Positions 34,900 to 45,670 of a DNA stretch of 64,000 nt are shown piece after piece. The translations under genes and the position numbers were made by a program. Position 1 is the stretch's first letter. Each line of letters begins with the position of its first letter. The stretch comes from Leidyana gryllorum EB-2025a (Eukaryota; Protista; Apicomplexa), in assembly GCA_048772705.1 (NCBI GenBank), contig JBLWGC010000216.1:62001-126000 (forward strand), in the 5' to 3' direction. The notes beneath the pieces were generated by a model, which saw only the letters and a program-made list of their open reading frames with translations, made no database searches and was not told the origin of the DNA.

Positions 34900-37800
34900 A
34901 TGACCTCCAAAACCTCACCCATTAAGTTAGCTGACCAATCCAAAGCCCCCAAGCTCCCATCCTTCGAGCCGGCTGCTCCAAAGCTCACGCCCAAGAAGGT
35001 CCTCAAGACTTTGCCCGCCTCCGCCAAGCTCGTTCCGGTAACCAAGAAGACAGGAGTACCAAAGAAGGAGTCTGGGGCTGGCAGGCCACTCAAAGAAGTC
35101 TCACCACCTCCTTGGACACGCGCCGGCCCCAGGTTCAATACCCCATCAGATGATGCAGAAGACGAAACAGCCTCTACATCAAGTGACGGTCAACAAGACA
35201 TTGGCAAGATTATCAAAAGTATACAAGCAGACATTGATCCAAGAGTCAAAGCAGGCGGTCAGTTCCCTGTTGATGGAATAGTTGAAGACGGTATGTTGCC
35301 CAAACTCACACACACACGAGACACCTTCATATTTAGCCCTCGGAGATCTCGAGAGAAAAGCGCAATACTACTTCCTCCTATTCAGCCGTGAGCGCAAGCG
35401 CAAGGCGGATCTACAGAATCAGAACTACTACCTAGTCAACGGTATGATTTTGATCACGTACTATATATACATTACACGAATGCCAACAGAAAATCAAACA
35501 TTACAATCGCACCTCTCGGATGAGCAGACTAAACTTGCTATTCTGGAACGCAAGGTTTCAGAAATCCGAGCTGACCCTACCACTATGAGACAAATATTCG
35601 AACGCTTGCATCTTCTGTACTATCAGTTAGACACACTCACACAATCGTTAGCCGGCGTCTGTGGGAACATAGCTTTCAACCCTCCCATAAAACAGGAAGA
35701 GCTGTATAAAATACTCCTAGACTACCTATTTCCGTGCAGAGCACTCGACCCAAGACTAGATGGTACGTAGAGACACACACGATCACACACACCGCTCATC
35801 GTGCCTCAGGTCTCTTCGGGGCAGTTCTTGAGTACGCCACTGGCGCCAAGAAGCCTCCGCAAGCCTTAGTGCCACCTCCACCGGCCTTCGCGGCTCTTCA
35901 AACACAGAGTACCTATCCGTGGGTACCTGGTGGTGAGGCGCCGATCGTCGTTGTTAAGAAAGGTGCCGATGGAAAGGCCGCAGGTCCTCCTGCGGCTGGT
36001 GGTTCCACTAGCTCTGTCAGAGACCCCGGGCCACGGAAAGACGATGTTAAACTCACTGGTTTTGCATTGGAGATTGTGTACGTCAAAGTCAGCAAGGAAG
36101 GTGTCAATAAGGTCACACTGGTTGTCCGCTATGATAACGAGAAACTCGAAGAGATCCGCAAGAAGCCAGATCGTCAAATCCAAGGCATCGACCTCCAGGG
36201 CGGGGAAGCGACTTTCCAAAAGGTGATCACACTGACAGAAACACCTCCCAGAGTCAAAGGGGTTACTCCTTCCTTTGTTGTCGATGTCATCGAAGAGGGA
36301 AAGACACCAGACTCGGTTCTCGGAGCAGCAACTATCGGCTTCTTAGATCCTCTCACCATCAAAGAGAATGCGGAGTTCGAAGTCAAAGATTCCAAGAAGG
36401 AGAAGATTGGTGTCGTGCGCTTGACTTTGGGCGGCATACCCAAGGACTCGATGCTCCCAGCCGAACGGCGAGCTGTTCTATTGGCTGCCGAAGCGAAGGC
36501 AAAGGAGGAAGCCAAAGCCAAGGTGGCCACAAAGGTCATCGAGAGTAAGAAAGACGAGGCCGGCAAGAAAGCTGAGGAGCCTAAAAAGGCTGAGGCCAAA
36601 CCGGGCGAAGGCAAGAAGGAGGGTGATGCTAAGCCTTCCGGGGTCAAAGCCCTGGCGGCTAAGACTGATGACTCGGCTAAGAAGGCGGCTGAACTCAAGC
36701 CAGGTGGTCTCAAACCGCCGGGCGAAATCAAGAAAGAAGCTCCCAAGTCTCCCGGTGGGTTGAAGCCGCCAACAGAACTCAAGAAAGTGGAAGCGAAACC
36801 GGCTGGGCCTCCGCCAGCCAAGACTGACGCGTTGAAGAAGGTGGAGCTGAAGAAAGTGGAACCTCCGAAACCCGCCGAAGTCAAGAAAGAAGAAGCAAAG
36901 GGTGTTCAAATGAAGAAAGTTGAAAGACTGAAGCCAGCTGGTCTACAGGACGAGCGCGGAGAGGAACAGGGCTCCTGGAAAGCAAGTGATCTGCGGAATA
37001 AGTACAAAGCTATGGAAGCGGCCAATGCGAAGACCGCGGGTGCTGTCAAGAAGGAAGAGCCTGGCAAGGCACCCGCCAAAGGAAAGGAGGACGCCAAGGC
37101 AAAGGCTGACGCGGGGGCAACGGCCGACCCCAAAGCTAAGGAAGATGCAAAGGCAAAGGGAGACGCTAAGGGCAAGGAGGACGCCAAGGCGAAAGATGAT
37201 TCCAAGGCCAAAGCCGACGCCAAGGGCAAGGCGGATGCCAAAGGGAAAGCAGATGCCAAGGCCAAAGCGGATGCCAAGGCCAAAGATGGCGAGGCGGATG
37301 ATGCCAAAGCGAAGGGACCAGCGGCCAAGGGAGGCAAGGCGCCCAAGGAAGCTGCAAAGAAGGGTGCAGAGCTCAAGTCTTTGAAGATGCCGAGCAAGAA
37401 GGAGGGAGATGCTGGCAAAGCGGCGAAGAAAGGACCGACTAAAGATCCGTTCAAAGACGACACGCCATTACTCAGCGAGGCCAAAGTTCAAAAGAAGCCG
37501 ACAGAGAAGAAGATCTTGGGCAAGTCCAAGACCGAACCCAAAGCGGGCAAAGGAGGAGCCGAGGGTGATACTCCCGCCAAAGCTGCCAAGGGCAAGATGG
37601 ACGCCAAAGCCGCTAAGGAAGATGGCAAAGCCGCAAAGGACGGCGCCAAGGCGGGCAAAGTAGCCAAGGACGCCGGCAAGGCGGCCAAGGAGGGTAAAGT
37701 GGCTAAGGACGCCGGAAAGGCAACAAAGGAGGCGGGTAAAGTGGCCAAGGACGTCGGGAAGGCGGCCAAGGACGTCGGGAAGGCTACAAAGGACGCTGGG

Positions 37801-38289
37801 AAGGCTACAAAGGACGCTGGGAAGGCTACAAAGGACGCTGGGAAGGCTACAAAGGACGCTGGGAAGGCTACAAAGGACGCGGGGAAGGCGGCTAAGGACG
37901 CTGGGAAGGCTACAAAGGACGCTGGGAAGGCTACAAAGGACGTCGGGAAGGTGGCCAAGGAGGGTAAAGTGGCCAAGGACGTCGGGAAGGCTACAAAGGA
38001 CGCTGGGAAGGCTACAAAGGACGCTGGGAAGGCTACAAAGGACGCCGGGAAGGCTACAAAGGACGGCGGGAAAGCCACAAAGGAGGCGGGCAAAGTGGCA
38101 AAGGACGCTGGGAAAGCAGCAAAGGGGAAGGCAGAGAGTAAGGGGCCGGCCAAGGTTGCAAAGAGCAAAGCTGAGGGGCCAACGGCCAAGACTTCTCCTG
38201 AGGAAGGGGAGGGGGAAGAGACAGTTGCTAAGGCAAAGGTAGCGAAGGGAAAGGATGTGAAAGCTGCTAAGAAAGTTGGGAAGAAGTAG
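34900..38289 (+). CDS. Large protein: Pro/Lys-rich head, coiled coil, C2-like domain and Lys/Ala-rich repeat tail
   Basis: ORFs 34900, 35282 and 35734 join through GT-AG introns. Beta-rich segment LEIVYVKV...ATFQKVITL...LGAATI...GVVRLTL. Confidence 0.7.
37669..38121 (+). repeat. 21-bp coding tandem repeat (GACGCTGGGAAGGCTACAAAG, peptide DAGKATK)
   Basis: About 20 exact or near-exact heptad copies. A looser ADAKGK/EDAKAK repeat lies at ~37090-37290. Confidence 0.92.
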
Positions 38290-38312
38290 AGGTTTTTGAT
38301 CTTGGTAGCATA

Positions 38313-39365
38313 ATGTTCAGTGTCTTGATAAATTGGTCCCTGGCGGTGTGCTTCGGCCTGATCGGAGGTGTGTACTCTATCCGTGCAGTGGAGACTGTAG
38401 GAGGGCCGAAGACAGAAGTTTCCCCGGAAGACTATGTGGTTCGGACGGTGAAGGGTCCAGGGACCTCAGAGGGGAGAGCGTTAGAATCGTGTTCGTTCCC
38501 GTTGGAGATATTGCTGTTACAAGACACCACATTCAACATGGATCATTCGTGGGGGAAGGCAGTGAACGGCGGGCTTCAACAGCTGCTGACGGCCGTTGAC
38601 CGATTTCATCCGCAGACATCTTTTGGATTGGCGACTTTGCGCGACAAGCCCTTGTGGCCTCACGGTGATCCTGACAAGGATTACTGCGTTAATTTAGTGG
38701 TTCCCTTGAGCCGGGAGGACAGCCAGCAGCACCGAATAATCACTAATTATGAGAACTTGAAGGCTGAGAGTGGGGGAGATCCGGCTGAGAATCAAGTGGG
38801 TGCTCTCCTATCTGTTTTGGACGATGATAAGGTTGGATGGGGAGATGAGTCTGACGCAGTGCGGTTGGTATATCTGATAACTAATTCAGTTGGACATTAC
38901 TATGGCGATGGTACGAATGTCCACAATTTGCCCCCTTTCTTTGGGCCGGGTAAGGTGGGAAGTGACGACCAGTGTCAGAAGATGTATTACCCCTCCCTGG
39001 ATATGCTGAAACAAGCCCGTGAACATCGTGGTGCATCAATTGCTTTCTTAGTGATTGACGATCTCTATTATAAACAAACTCCTCTGAACTTCTGGAGGTA
39101 CATAAATGCATTCTTGGGGCAGAGTGAAGAATTCGTTCAACAATTGAATCCCGATGGGAGCAACTGGTTTGAAGCAGTACACAACGTTCTGGAATACCTC
39201 GAACGCAGTGAATGCCCTGACCACGACCCAACTTTGCTTCCCACCGCGCCCCCAACATCCTCATCCACTTCGTTTTCAAGTACGACGACGGCAGCGACCA
39301 GTTCCACAACGGTGACCACCAGCAGTACCACAACGGTGACGACCAGCAGCAGTACCACAGCGTAA
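38313..39365 (+). CDS. Secreted integrin-beta-like vWA domain protein with Thr/Ser-rich tail
   Basis: Signal peptide, CSFPLEILLLQDTT, FGLATLRDKP, DYC, SGGDPAENQ, VGW, RLVYLITNS..H and YYPS. A possible extra 3' exon extends to 39433. Confidence 0.82.
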   Translation: MFSVLINWSLAVCFGLIGGVYSIRAVETVGGPKTEVSPEDYVVRTVKGPGTSEGRALESCSFPLEILLLQDTTFNMDHSWGKAVNGGLQQLLTAVDRFHPQTSFGLATLRDKPLWPHGDPDKDYCVNLVVPLSREDSQQHRIITNYENLKAESGGDPAENQVGALLSVLDDDKVGWGDESDAVRLVYLITNSVGHYYGDGTNVHNLPPFFGPGKVGSDDQCQKMYYPSLDMLKQAREHRGASIAFLVIDDLYYKQTPLNFWRYINAFLGQSEEFVQQLNPDGSNWFEAVHNVLEYLERSECPDHDPTLLPTAPPTSSSTSFSSTTTAATSSTTVTTSSTTTVTTSSSTTA

Positions 39366-39425
39366 ACCGCGAGTGGCCGTAATTACTTCTTCTTGTTAAG
39401 ACTGACAGCATAGAAATCCCATTGC

Positions 39426-42400
39426 ATGCCTGAGGGAAGCGATTTTCTTAATCTTGTTGTTCCACCAACACCCCCCACAAACAATGTCAAACGGCCTGAC
39501 GAGGACTCCTCGTCCTCTGCTATTGTTGTCAACCCGTCCCCTTCGCTTCTCTTTGAACTTCTCGCTCAGATAACGGACCAATGCAACACAGCCATTGCCG
39601 CATCCAACTTTGATGATACAATAAAGGTGAGACCGCCAGCGACACCATTATCACACCCCCGGCCGGCCAGTGTCTCTCCACCAATCTCCCCGCGAGTATC
39701 GTATTACACACCTATTTGGGTACACATCCCAAATCGGCTGTCAGCTTGCGACATGCCCTCCTCGAGAGAGTTTCAGAGTTTGTGACCTATGGACGCGAGA
39801 CGGACATTGTTGACACTCTCTCGAGCCCGCTCATCCCCCCACTCAAGGAGCTCGGGTGCCTCGCAGCCATAACCGACAATCACCAAACGGCAGAACCGCC
39901 GTACACAGCCCTCAAATGTCTGCTCTCCTCTGTCGATGAGCACTCAGACACCGCTGCAGCCTCTGACGAAGACATTCACGCCATTCAACGTTGCCATAAA
40001 GCCATAGTCCAAAGTCTCGCCAAGTCTGCCGACGGCCTCTGGAGTTTGGCCACTGCGCTTGTCAGAGAGTCACAACTCTTCGATGTCGCCAAAGACATCA
40101 CTGCTCGGCAATCCTGCGATGGTCTCCACCCCGGCGCTGCCGAGAAGATCACCTGTATCCTCGGCTCCCTGGCTGCTATCGACCCTCCGCCGTCAGTCGA
40201 CTCTTTGCCGGAACCCATTGCCGAGTTCTCGCGAGACTGTGTCTCGGAGATCACAGCCATCACCAATGCTCTCCAGCAGTTGGGAGAGGACGGACTGTTG
40301 TTTGCCGAGATTATATCCCACGTGCGCTGCGAGATGTGGCATTGGCCCGTCATTTTACGCATGATGGCGCTGGAGACTGCCCTGATGGCACGTCAAAAAG
40401 CCACTGATGAGAACGACCAACGCTTCACCGCCCTCCTCCCGGGACTCATCACTCATTTACGGTCCGCTCAGGTGAGAGACAGTGCATTGTATTGCAGTGC
40501 AGTGCAGTGCAGCGCGATGCAATAACTATCCATAACTATCAATCACTCTCTCTCTCGTGGCAGAAAGTGACGTACAAACTGATTCTGTCGTACAAAGATC
40601 ATTCTGCCCACGCACTGATGGCGACGGCTCTCGACGCTTATGACGTCGGGTTCAATTATGCTATGGACATAATGCCGAACCCCGCTATAGCCGTCCGTAA
40701 GGCTTTGTTCTCTTTTGAGTGAAGGGTCGATCAATTCAATATTTTCCCCCACAGAGCTGTTTGGCAGATGGGCGACTGCCTTCCAAGAAGGACGGACTGG
40801 GATCAGTGAGGCGCTCGTCGGCCGATTTCCTATTTTATTCGCGGTGTGTCCGGTGGCGGTTGTGGAGGTATTGTCCAATGCACCGAGGGCTGTCTCGGCG
40901 TTCCTGAGTAACGTCACTCTGGCTGAGACCCTTGTGCAACTCAGTCTCGGAGACGACAGTCTCCCGGTTCCACTGACAAAAATGCTCGTATTGGCGATGA
41001 GTCAGGCGGCGTACTCTATCTGTTCGGCCAGTGGGACGAGCGTAGCTGACCAGGAGTTACAGAATGCTCGGCCGGTTTGCGGGTTTGTCATCAAGTCGCT
41101 ATTCAAACTCGGCCAGCGCTATCCCAAACTCCTTTTCACCGATCTGTTGGAAAAAGAGGTCCATTTGATAGTTGGGAAGAACTGTGCCACAATGACGGAA
41201 TTGGTTGGTGTGCTGTTAGTGATGTTATTTGTCACTGAGCACGAACTTCTGACTCTCCAGCGGTTATTGTCGTCTTCTTGCGCTTCGTATGCCGATCGTC
41301 GCAGTATCATTTCGGCTCTCAAGGCAGCAGTGCAGAATAACAGAGTCAATGTGAATCCGCCGTATCTCCAGCGATACATCCGACCGCATTTCCTGCTGGC
41401 CTGCGGTCGGTTGAGAGAAGACTTGAGTTGGATATTCGAGTCGTATTGGCGTTTGACATCGTTAGAGACTGAGGGAGGAGTAACGACGAGTGGTGGTCAG
41501 CCCGCGAGTGCTTTGGATATCAGTCTGCTGCGACGGCGAAGACTCGATGCATTGGGAGAACTGTACGCGAACGCTGACAAAATCGTGCCGGGTCCCACCC
41601 AGGACAGTCTTTGTTTGATTGACCGACACAGCGTTATAGATACATATCTAATGACCCAAGAGGCCTTATCGTACCAAACAGCGACTCTGCAGTGCCAAGT
41701 TTTGTTACTGCTCCATATTCGGGAGTTCCACAAGGCAGCCACTCTGGCCAACTGCCACGATCGTCTCGAACTGCTGAAAATGGTGGCCGCCAGTGCACCC
41801 CCCAGTACGCATTTGAGTGAGTTTCAAAAATGAGATCTCCTCATTGATGGATTCGACCTTTTCCTCCTCTCCAGAAACCCGGCGAGTATTGTGGAGTACA
41901 GTGCTGAATCGGGGAACCAGTCTGTTGGGGTCGGTCGATGAGTCGACAGTTGTGAACAACCTGACTCAGCTGCTGGCAGAGTCGATGCTGCGACCCGAAG
42001 AGGCGGCGTACTTTGCTTTCAAAGATCGCGAATTGCCAATGATAATGAGCTGTGGAGACCTGAAGGAGGGAGAGCTTTTGGAAAGTTTGGCCACCAAGTC
42101 TCAGTCGTGTGTGGGTGTGTTGACGCTGAGCGACTGTATAGACGGCTTAGAGGGGGCGGTCCCGCTGATGAATCAGAAGCTGTTGTCTCGTTTACAGACG
42201 GCCATCTGGACGAGCGCAGAGGAGTCAAAAGCAATATGTGGTAGTTTGATGCCGACATCAGGTGTCGGTAGTACCGAGAAGCCGGTGCGTAAATCCATCG
42301 AAGTGTCTTTTCCTCATGCCTGTTGCGATCTGTGCTCCGCTCCCCTCATGGCGCCGCCGACGTGGATGTTGGATGGTGAGGGCGCCGGGAGTAACAGATC

Positions 42401-42708
42401 GACGCGGTCGGTGGACTGCGAGTACTTTCGGCACAAAGTGCTCTTGCTGAACTGTAGTCACCACTACCATACGCTGTGCGCACGTACGGTGCATTTGCGG
42501 AGCAGTCCTGAGGCGTTGGGACACTATCGAGTGTTGCTGGAAGAAGCGGAACTGCAGGTGAGTGGTGGGAGGCACAGGGAAGGGCGTGATCTATTGGCGG
42601 CAGATGGTACATAAGGACGAAGAACGGCTGAGAGAAGTATATGTTGCGATGGAAAGGATTTTGTCAACAGCGTGTTTAGTTTGTGGGCCCCGGATAGCTA
42701 ATGTGTAG
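39426..42708 (+). CDS. Vps18/Pep3-like HOPS/CORVET subunit (divergent), 5 introns
   Basis: Helical body of ~990 aa. C-terminal split RING: CDLCSAPL...LNCSHHYHTLC, a helical insert, then ERILSTACLVCG (compare the Vps18 ECxxCG). Every frame change is explained by a GT-AG intron. Confidence 0.62.
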
Positions 42709-43177
42709 TTGTGAGATTGTGAAACACACGGATCTGAGTTTGTGAGGGACATACCTCATTGGAGGAAAAAAAAACTGTTTTGGTGAATCTCCTTCGAGAG
42801 GGACTATTGTTCTGGTTTTCGGTCATTGCTCACCACTCCCATTGAGACACACGCTCGCTCGCTCGCTCGCTCGCAACTGCCAAGAAATATCACACAGACA
42901 GACCTATATCTGTGTGTGTGTGCGCTGAATAAGTGTGACTTTCGTACTCTGTGGTGGTGTCGTCGTCGATCAACTCGGTTCCTGCCGTGCACAGAGACAC
43001 ACACTCTCTCTCTGTCTCACACACACTGACACACACTCTCTGAGGGTTGGTGTTTCAACAGCGGTGTTGATCTGCATTGTGTCGGTTGAGCGATCTGGCT
43101 GTCATTTACGGAGGCAGTTTTTTGAGGTTCAGAGATTGGAGTCACAATTGTAGAGGGCGCGCATTCGGTGAAGGCGG

Positions 43178-43201
43178 ATGATAAATCACCCACATTCTTG
43201 A
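43178..43201 (+). promoter_or_regulatory. Tiny uORF1 (MINHPHS*) in the AdoMetDC leader
   Basis: ATG ATA AAT CAC CCA CAT TCT TGA. It is the first ATG in the leader and in frame with uORF2. Confidence 0.55.
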
Positions 43202-43225
43202 ACTGAAGACACAAGTATTCTTACT

Positions 43226-43348
43226 ATGACGAATTTCGTCCCCCAGTTCATTCTGACCACTATGCTCTTTATCAGTAACAACGAGAGTGAGGCTGTAACT
43301 GGATCACGTGTGGAGCTGTTCCCTCCTCGCTGCCGCGAACCATCCTAA
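43226..43348 (+). promoter_or_regulatory. uORF2, 40 aa ending Pro-Ser-stop (putative polyamine-responsive uORF)
   Basis: MTNFVPQFILTTMLFISNNESEAVTGSRVELFPPRCREPS*, ending CCA TCC TAA, 388 nt upstream of the AdoMetDC ATG. Confidence 0.7.
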
Positions 43349-43736
43349 TAGCCCCTCACCCCCGACGCCCGAGAAGCTCCCACTACCTGCCACCCTACAA
43401 TTTATCCCCACCACATTCCACTACGTGTACCTGACTCCGCACAATACTACCTGCCATCCCATCCTTGCCTGCCAAGACCGCATTCACACATTCCACACAC
43501 AAGCTACACCATACTTGCACACCTTCTGACCTCTTGCCACGAGACCGAAATCCCCGCCAGAGCAATACTTCCCGTCCTGCAACGACTGTTACTCGATTGA
43601 TATCCAAGTTCACCCCCAAGATCACTGTCACTTACTTCTTATTCCCCCGAGCGTGCCCTTTGTTGCCAACAAGGACCACTACAACCACAACAACTAACAA
43701 GATCACCACTTTTCTCTCTTCCTCTCAGACAAGAAG

Positions 43737-44966
43737 ATGACGACGACGATGAGTCGACGATTCTTTGTTCCCCCGTGCGATCCTCAACTCGCCCCTCCCA
43801 CCGATATTGATGTTCCCTTCGAGGGGGTGGAGAAGAGACTGATTGTGCACCTAAAGCCCGGACTTCCATGGAGACCCTTTGACTTTTCCAAGGCTGAGTG
43901 GCAGTCGATTCTCGACTATGCCCACTGCGATATTGTTTCGGAAAGACATCTCGAAGACACCAGCGTTTATCTTCTTTCAGAATCCACTCTGACGGTATGG
44001 CCCTCAGGCTTCCTGCTCAAGACCTGCGGGCGAACCACCCCCTTCCTGGTATTGGACGTGCTGGCCAAATATGTGTATCCCGAACAACCGCTGGTCGATA
44101 TCGTGGACTGGCTGCTGTATTCAAGGTTGGACTTCTTGCATCCACAGTTCCAGGTGTGGCCGCATCAATCGCACACACAGGAGAAGGAGTATCTGGAAAA
44201 GATTGTACCTGGAGCTCAGCCGTTCCATCTTTCCGCTGGTCAACATGCCCTCGTCGGCTTTGTCTATAGCCCGGCCCCAATCGCTGATAATATAGAGTTG
44301 GAGGAGGCTCTGATGATGCAGATCGATCGTCATTGTGTGAGGGCATTCTCCGGCTTTGACACCCCAGAGGAACAACAGAATCTCGATGATGGAAGCGCTC
44401 ATCACGGCTTCCTGCGTCCCACTCTCGCTGCTGCTTCTTCAAAGGAGTTGGACGAGTTTTGGTTCTCTCCCTTTGGATACAGCTCTAATGCTTTGGCAAC
44501 TGGGCCGTCAAACCCGAGACACGCAGCTTACTTTAGCTGCCACGTGTCTCCCGAACCCGAGACCAGCTACGCTTCATTGGAGGTCGGAGGACGCGGAAAT
44601 AACAGCGACCTCATTCCAATTGCTAAACTGGTCCCCGCCTTTAATGCCAAGTTCGTCCACATCACTAAAGTGTGTGTGCGGTCTCAGAAGGTCTGTGATC
44701 TCGAAACTCAACTCGAGGAGGCCACATCCACGCTGAAGACACCGGGCTATTATCTGCGAGAGTCGTCGTCAGTGACAATCGGTCATTTGGCGATCCATCA
44801 CATATTGATGGAGCGCCCTGGCGCGAATTATCTATCTTTGGCGGATATCCCTGCCCTGAGCTTTGCAAACAAAGCCGGGCACCGTGCCAACAACGATCAG
44901 ATAACTAATGCTCTCACTACCGCCAGTGGAGACGAACTATCCGATAAAGTTAATAGCCAGGACTGA
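43737..44966 (+). CDS. AMD1: S-adenosylmethionine decarboxylase proenzyme (eukaryotic type, stand-alone)
   Basis: FEGVEKRL, YLLSE-STL self-cleavage/pyruvoyl site, LKTCGRTTP, PHQS, GYSSN and HVSPEPETSYASLE. Confidence 0.93.
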   Translation: MTTTMSRRFFVPPCDPQLAPPTDIDVPFEGVEKRLIVHLKPGLPWRPFDFSKAEWQSILDYAHCDIVSERHLEDTSVYLLSESTLTVWPSGFLLKTCGRTTPFLVLDVLAKYVYPEQPLVDIVDWLLYSRLDFLHPQFQVWPHQSHTQEKEYLEKIVPGAQPFHLSAGQHALVGFVYSPAPIADNIELEEALMMQIDRHCVRAFSGFDTPEEQQNLDDGSAHHGFLRPTLAAASSKELDEFWFSPFGYSSNALATGPSNPRHAAYFSCHVSPEPETSYASLEVGGRGNNSDLIPIAKLVPAFNAKFVHITKVCVRSQKVCDLETQLEEATSTLKTPGYYLRESSSVTIGHLAIHHILMERPGANYLSLADIPALSFANKAGHRANNDQITNALTTASGDELSDKVNSQD

Positions 44967-45195
44967 CGACAGAGAGTCACTTTTGATCGAATGTGAAGAT
45001 CTCTATCTTAATCTCTCTGAGAAACGGTGAAACCTCGTTGTGTGCTCAGGGCCGCTTGGTGGGTGTTTCTAACTCCACGCGCCATATATTCATGAATTCT
45101 CATTTCGCATCGAGGCTTTCCTGTCATGGAGCCCGAATCGATCTTTTCTCTGACTGATACAACTGTTGTCTCCCAGATGACAAAAACATCCACAT

Positions 45196-45627
45196 CTAAA
45201 TCAGCAAATATCTGGCAGTCTTGCTGTGGGAAGGAACATAACTACTCTCAGATGTGGCAAACGATCCTCTCCTTCTTTTCCCTCCCCTCCGTTCTTGATG
45301 CTTTCTCCTTCTGTAGAACCGAATCCCGTGCCACGTCCACAGCCCAGCGATCAGCGCACTCAGCACACACAACGCAGTATTGGCCCCATTACTTCTGCTC
45401 GGGGGTCCGTCTTGGAACAGCAAATGCTCGGTATATGGTGGTGGTGGTGGTGGTGGTGGTGGTGGGGGGGGAGGAGGTGGGGGAGGCGACGCTTGGTGGT
45501 GGCAGCAATGGGCGGCCGCCGTCATTGGGGCGGCAGCGTGCTTCTCCGCTTGCAACTCGATATAAGTATGAAGGCTTCTCACCAAGTCATCCAAGGCTCC
45601 CTGCTCGCTTGTGCTGTTGGGGGTCAT
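45196..45627 (-). CDS. Small poly-Pro single-TM hypothetical protein
   Basis: MTPNSTSEQ..., a long Pro run, then hydrophobic ALCVLSALIAGLWTW followed by basic RRRKH. Confidence 0.45.
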   Translation of the reverse strand: MTPNSTSEQGALDDLVRSLHTYIELQAEKHAAAPMTAAAHCCHHQASPPPPPPPPPPPPPPPPPYTEHLLFQDGPPSRSNGANTALCVLSALIAGLWTWHGIRFYRRRKHQERRGGKRRRGSFATSESSYVPSHSKTARYLLI

Positions 45628-45670
45628 CGGCACTTCTTTTTTTTGACACCTCTAACTCCCACTGAGCACC

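Noticed and set aside
37669-38121. CRISPR-like array
   Set aside because: Head-to-tail coding repeat with no spacers, in a eukaryote, with no cas genes.
36174-38189. Long antisense ORFs over the repeat protein (similar ones at 18672-19388 and 48239-49024)
   Set aside because: Shadow frames of low-complexity coding sequence.
39426-42708. Programmed frameshifts or pseudogene in the multi-ORF Vps18-like locus
   Set aside because: Every frame change is bridged by a canonical GT-AG intron of correct phase.
43196-43204. Antizyme-like +1 frameshift site (TCT TGA A)
   Set aside because: No antizyme-like ORF follows in the shifted frame and the site differs from UCC-UGA.
43465-43740. 91-aa ORF whose stop overlaps the AdoMetDC ATG
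   Set aside because: No AUG start, and C/A-rich low-complexity sequence stays open by chance. A non-AUG start cannot be excluded but is unsupported.
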